A stretch of DNA of 50,416 nucleotides from Verrucomicrobiota bacterium (lineage in GTDB: Bacteria > Verrucomicrobiota > Verrucomicrobiia > Verrucomicrobiales > Verrucomicrobiaceae): positions 1 to 50,416 of the forward strand of contig JAPLUM010000727.1 of NCBI GenBank assembly GCA_026397605.1, in the 5' to 3' direction. Numbering within the stretch: position 1 is the stretch's first letter; every line of letters begins with the position of its first letter. Positions 47,356 to 50,416 of the stretch are shown in pieces. The translations under genes were made by a program, and so were the position numbers. The notes beneath the pieces are model-generated. The model did not search any database. It was not told the DNA's origin and was given only the letters and a program-made list of their open reading frames with translations.

Positions 47356-48276
47356 ATGGAATTAGCGTCGCGATTTTTCAAAGTTCCTGTCGGGTCTTTT
47401 TTCCTGCTAGGGCCTCGTGGCACGGGCAAGACAAGCTGGACGCAGCAGCATTTCCCCAGCGCTTTGCGGGTGGATCTTCTGGACCCCGCCACGCTGCGGG
47501 AAATGGCTGCGCGTCCAGAGCGCCTGCGCGAGCGTCTGGGCGGGCTGCCGGGCACTGAGACGGTGGTCATTGATGAGGTGCAAAAGCTGCCGGAACTTCT
47601 GGAGGTGGTGCATGGGCTGATCGAAGAAAAAACTGGGCTGCGCTTTGTGCTCACTGGCTCCAGCGCAAGAAAGCTGCGGCGTGGAGGAGTGAACCTGCTG
47701 GGTGGCCGGGCCACTGCCACCACGATGCACCCTTTTTTGGCCGCTGAACTAGGACAGGCTTTTCAGCTGGAGGAGGCCCTGCGCATCGGGATGGATCTAC
47801 TGCTGGCCTTCCGTCTTCCCGTCTTTTCCCGCCGCGCCAAACGGGCGCTTGCAGTGCATCCGAAGTTTTTCTTTTTCGATGCTGGCGTCTTCCGCTCCAT
47901 CCGTCCGGTGGGACCGCTCGATTCGACGGCGGAAATAGACGGTGCCGCGCTAGAAGGACTGGTGGCCCAGCATCTGCGCGCCTGGTGTGATCTGAGCGCA
48001 GGCGGGCACCAACTGCACTACTGGCAGACGGGCACCCAGGTGGAGGTGGACTTTGTCATCTACGGCGAAGGGGGACTCTACGCGCTGGAGGTGAAGAACA
48101 CGGATCGTGTGCGCCCGGAAGACCTGCGTGGCCTGAAAAGCTTCGGCGCAGACTACCCAGAGAGCCAGCGCTACCTGCTCTACCGTGGCAAAGAAAGGCT
48201 GCTACGTGACGGCATCCTGATCCTGCCAGTGAAGGCCTTTTTGCAACAGATCGTCCCCAACACCTTTCCCGCCTGA
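47356..48276 (+). CDS. AAA_14 + DUF4143 ATPase-nuclease, apparently with an in-frame internal deletion
   Basis: GPRGTGKT, IDEVQK, TGSSAR, PKFFFFDAG, EVDF..ALEVK; only 306 aa with junction LRIGM|DLLLAF at ~47793. Confidence 0.8.
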   Translation: MELASRFFKVPVGSFFLLGPRGTGKTSWTQQHFPSALRVDLLDPATLREMAARPERLRERLGGLPGTETVVIDEVQKLPELLEVVHGLIEEKTGLRFVLTGSSARKLRRGGVNLLGGRATATTMHPFLAAELGQAFQLEEALRIGMDLLLAFRLPVFSRRAKRALAVHPKFFFFDAGVFRSIRPVGPLDSTAEIDGAALEGLVAQHLRAWCDLSAGGHQLHYWQTGTQVEVDFVIYGEGGLYALEVKNTDRVRPEDLRGLKSFGADYPESQRYLLYRGKERLLRDGILILPVKAFLQQIVPNTFPA

Positions 48277-48338
48277 CCACCGTGGAAGACAAGGTCTCCT
48301 CTCTGCAAGCCGCCGCTACCTACAAAAAGCTCCTTAAC

Positions 48339-48473
48339 TCGTCATTCATTCCGCTGCGCCTGCTTTCCGTAGCATCACGGCGATCAATGAAATCTCAGCG
48401 GGTGTGACGCCCTGAATCCTGGCGGCTTGGCCGAGGGTTGTGGGGCGGATTTCGGCTTCTTTTTTCAGGCTGT
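48339..48473 (-). pseudogene. mnmG: Displaced, degenerate copy of the mnmG 3' end
   Basis: Aligns with 49822-49972 (identical CAATGAAATCTCAGCGGGTGTGACGCCCTGAATCCT), with a 15-bp deletion, a 1-bp deletion and scattered substitutions. Confidence 0.9.
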
Positions 48474-48494
48474 AGAAGCTTTGATTGGGCTCCA

Positions 48495-49631
48495 TCAGGA
48501 GGTAAAGAGTTGATAGTACTCTTTGAAGTAAAAGACGCGGTTGCGGCGTCTGCCGGTGAGTTCGTGCAGGATGCCGAGCTTTTGAAATTCAGAGATCATG
48601 CGGTCTGCCGTCGGTTGGCTGATGCTGAGCTGGGTGGCGAGGCTGCTGCTACTGACGGTTGGCTTGATGTAAAGGGCCTCCAGCAGGAGCTGGGCATTGG
48701 CAATGCGTTTACCGAGAGTTTGCACTTGGGCCGTGGCGGTAAGCCTTAACTGATGGATGGCCTGAAAGGTAAGCACGCCTTTCTTGGCGGTCTCATTCAC
48801 GGCTACGAGGAAAAAGCGGATCCACTGCGCTAGATCGCCACGCGTCCTCACGGCAGTGAGTGCATCATAATAGGCAGCTCGATGCTGTTCCAAATGGGCG
48901 GAGACATACAGACAGGGCTGCCGCAGTAGTCCTTTGCTGACGAGATAAAGAGGGATAAGCAGTCGCCCAATACGCCCATTTCCGTCAAGAAAGGGATGCA
49001 GAGTTTCAAACTGATAGTGACTAATGGCAATGCGGATGAGCTCTGGTACAAAGATGGACTCGTCGTGCCAAAAGGCTTCAAGGTCGCTCATCAGGGCAGG
49101 GAGATCCTCGTGATGAGGAGGTACAAAGACAGCATCTGCCAGCGTGGCACCGCCGATCCAGTTCTGGCTGCGACGGAATTCCCCAGGTGTCTTTTTCTCT
49201 CCTCGGGCACCTTGCATCAGGGTCTCATGGGCCTCACAAAGGAGGCGGTTTGAAAGTGGCAGAGTTTGAAGCCGCTGGATGGAGCGGTTCATGGCTTCGA
49301 CGTAATTACGAACTTCCTTCCAATCGTCCCGCTTTTCAGGGCTGATTTCTTCTGGGTCTTCCTCCAGAGCCTCATCCATCTCTGTCTGCGTGCCTTCAAT
49401 CCGGCTCGACGTCTGAGCCTCTTTGATGACATGCATCTGGATGAACCTATCCACATCGGGTACGATGAGTGAAAGGCCATTTAACTCGCCAATGTGCCGA
49501 CTCGCTTCGGACAGTAGATAGTGAATGTCCGGTGAGTCCCAGGTCCATGAACAGCAGACGGGTGGAGGGGCAAAGCTACGATACTGAAACTGCTGCTTAT
49601 AGATGCCGGGCGGAAAGTCCTCGATTTTCAT
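48495..49631 (-). CDS. Fic-family protein (Fic_N + Fic + C-terminal wHTH)
   Basis: EAQTSSRIEGT, PGEFRRSQNWIGG, HYQFETLHPFLDGNGRIGR, LQKLG-like FQKLGILHELTGRRRNRVF tail. Confidence 0.95.
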   Translation of the reverse strand: MKIEDFPPGIYKQQFQYRSFAPPPVCCSWTWDSPDIHYLLSEASRHIGELNGLSLIVPDVDRFIQMHVIKEAQTSSRIEGTQTEMDEALEEDPEEISPEKRDDWKEVRNYVEAMNRSIQRLQTLPLSNRLLCEAHETLMQGARGEKKTPGEFRRSQNWIGGATLADAVFVPPHHEDLPALMSDLEAFWHDESIFVPELIRIAISHYQFETLHPFLDGNGRIGRLLIPLYLVSKGLLRQPCLYVSAHLEQHRAAYYDALTAVRTRGDLAQWIRFFLVAVNETAKKGVLTFQAIHQLRLTATAQVQTLGKRIANAQLLLEALYIKPTVSSSSLATQLSISQPTADRMISEFQKLGILHELTGRRRNRVFYFKEYYQLFTS

Positions 49632-49651
49632 GAGAGTTCAGAGTGGTCTGT

Positions 49652-49746
49652 TAGATAAAGAAAAGGGGCTTTCCTGAATGTAAGCTTTCCACTAAATAAA
49701 GAAAAGGGCATTTCCTTTATTTAGTGGGGCCCGTTAAATAAGGAAG
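49652..49746. promoter_or_regulatory. Repeated palindromic operator/hairpin upstream of fic
   Basis: CCACTAAATAAAG-N13-CTTTATTTAGTGG (49689-49727); related units TAGATAAAG (49652), TAAATAAAG (49693), TAAATAAGG (49735), spaced 41 and 42 bp. Confidence 0.6.
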
Positions 49747-49817
49747 TGAGGCTAGCGCTGGCAGTTTTGAACAAATGGGCAACCTTATGCATTGAGTTTG
49801 AGATGCCGCGTTATTAC

Positions 49818-50416
49818 TCATTCGTCATGTATTTCCGCCGCGCCTGCTTTCCTTAGCATCACCGCCAGCAATGAAATCTCAGCGGGTGTGACGCCCTGAA
49901 TCCTTGCGGCTTGGCCGAGGGTGGTGGGGCGGATTTCGGTGAGGCGGAGTTGGGCTTCTTTTTTCAGGCTGTGGACCTTCGTGTAATCGAAGTCGGGCGG
50001 GATGGCGTGGCCGTCCATGCGGGCGGTTTTGCCAATCATGACTTCCTGGCGCTGGACGTAGCCTTCGTATTTCAGGCTGTAATCCAGCTGCTGCCAGACG
50101 GGATCCGGGAACTCGGCGCGCAGCTCTGCGGGCAGCTTGCTGTGGTCGTTTTCGGTGCGGCGAATCCAGGAATGCAGCTTCATGCCCTCGTGGCTGGCGG
50201 TCTGGGCAAAGTGATGAGCTTTCACCAGTAGGTCGGCTTTCTCCTGCGTGAGGCGATTCCGATTAGGGCAGGTGAGGCCGATCTCAGCAGCGCGTGGAGT
50301 CAGGCGCAGATCGCAATTGTCCTGACGTAGCAGGAGTCGATACTCAGCGCGGGAGGTGAACAGGCGGTAGGGTTCGGTCACACCCTTGGTCACGAGATCG
50401 TCGATGAGCACGCCGA
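49818..50416 (-). CDS. mnmG: tRNA uridine-5-carboxymethylaminomethyl(34) synthesis enzyme MnmG (GidA), 3' part
   Basis: GVLIDDLVTKGVTEPYRLFTSRAEYRLLLRQDN, KYEGYV, RPTTLGQAARIQGVTPAEIS. Confidence 0.97.
   Translation of the reverse strand, partial: GVLIDDLVTKGVTEPYRLFTSRAEYRLLLRQDNCDLRLTPRAAEIGLTCPNRNRLTQEKADLLVKAHHFAQTASHEGMKLHSWIRRTENDHSKLPAELRAEFPDPVWQQLDYSLKYEGYVQRQEVMIGKTARMDGHAIPPDFDYTKVHSLKKEAQLRLTEIRPTTLGQAARIQGVTPAEISLLAVMLRKAGAAEIHDE

Noticed and set aside
30089-49817. Prophage, ICE or IS as carrier of the island
   Set aside because: No integrase, transposase, conjugation or virion genes recognised, and no left att copy of the mnmG tail seen near 30 kb

Overview
Bacterial chromosomal window; gene content (sulfatases, a Tat-exported Gfo/Idh/MocA protein, a giant S8/ASH-repeat protease, a pseudokinase-FGE fusion) suggests a Verrucomicrobia/PVC-type organism, which is an inference. 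The left ~30 kb is mostly core and accessory metabolism and signalling: the 5' part of a >1980-aa S8 protease missing from the ORF track because it runs off the edge, two sulfatases, proC, a PhcS/PhcR(Q)-like sensor pair, an ECF sigma factor with an operator-rich promoter, a cysteine desulfurase, pabB and a repressed pair of paralogous membrane genes. The right ~20 kb (about 30.1-49.8 kb) is a layered defence island ending at the 3' end of mnmG. It holds a WYL regulator divergent from a vWA gene, a frameshifted type III Mod remnant, a RES toxin whose Xre-type antitoxin has a receiver-like N-terminal extension, and a C-protein + C5 methyltransferase operon continuing into a complete Mza-like set (GHKL ATPase, Z1, PD-(D/E)XK, AIPR, alphaCTD/sigma4 protein) followed by a decayed vsr. 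It also holds a DUF1186/SEC-C gene, degenerate 42-bp repeats, an internally deleted AAA-DUF4143 gene, and a Fic gene bracketed by a duplicated mnmG 3' end. No tRNA, rRNA, CRISPR array or integrase was seen. All family calls are motif recognition by eye; no database searches were run.
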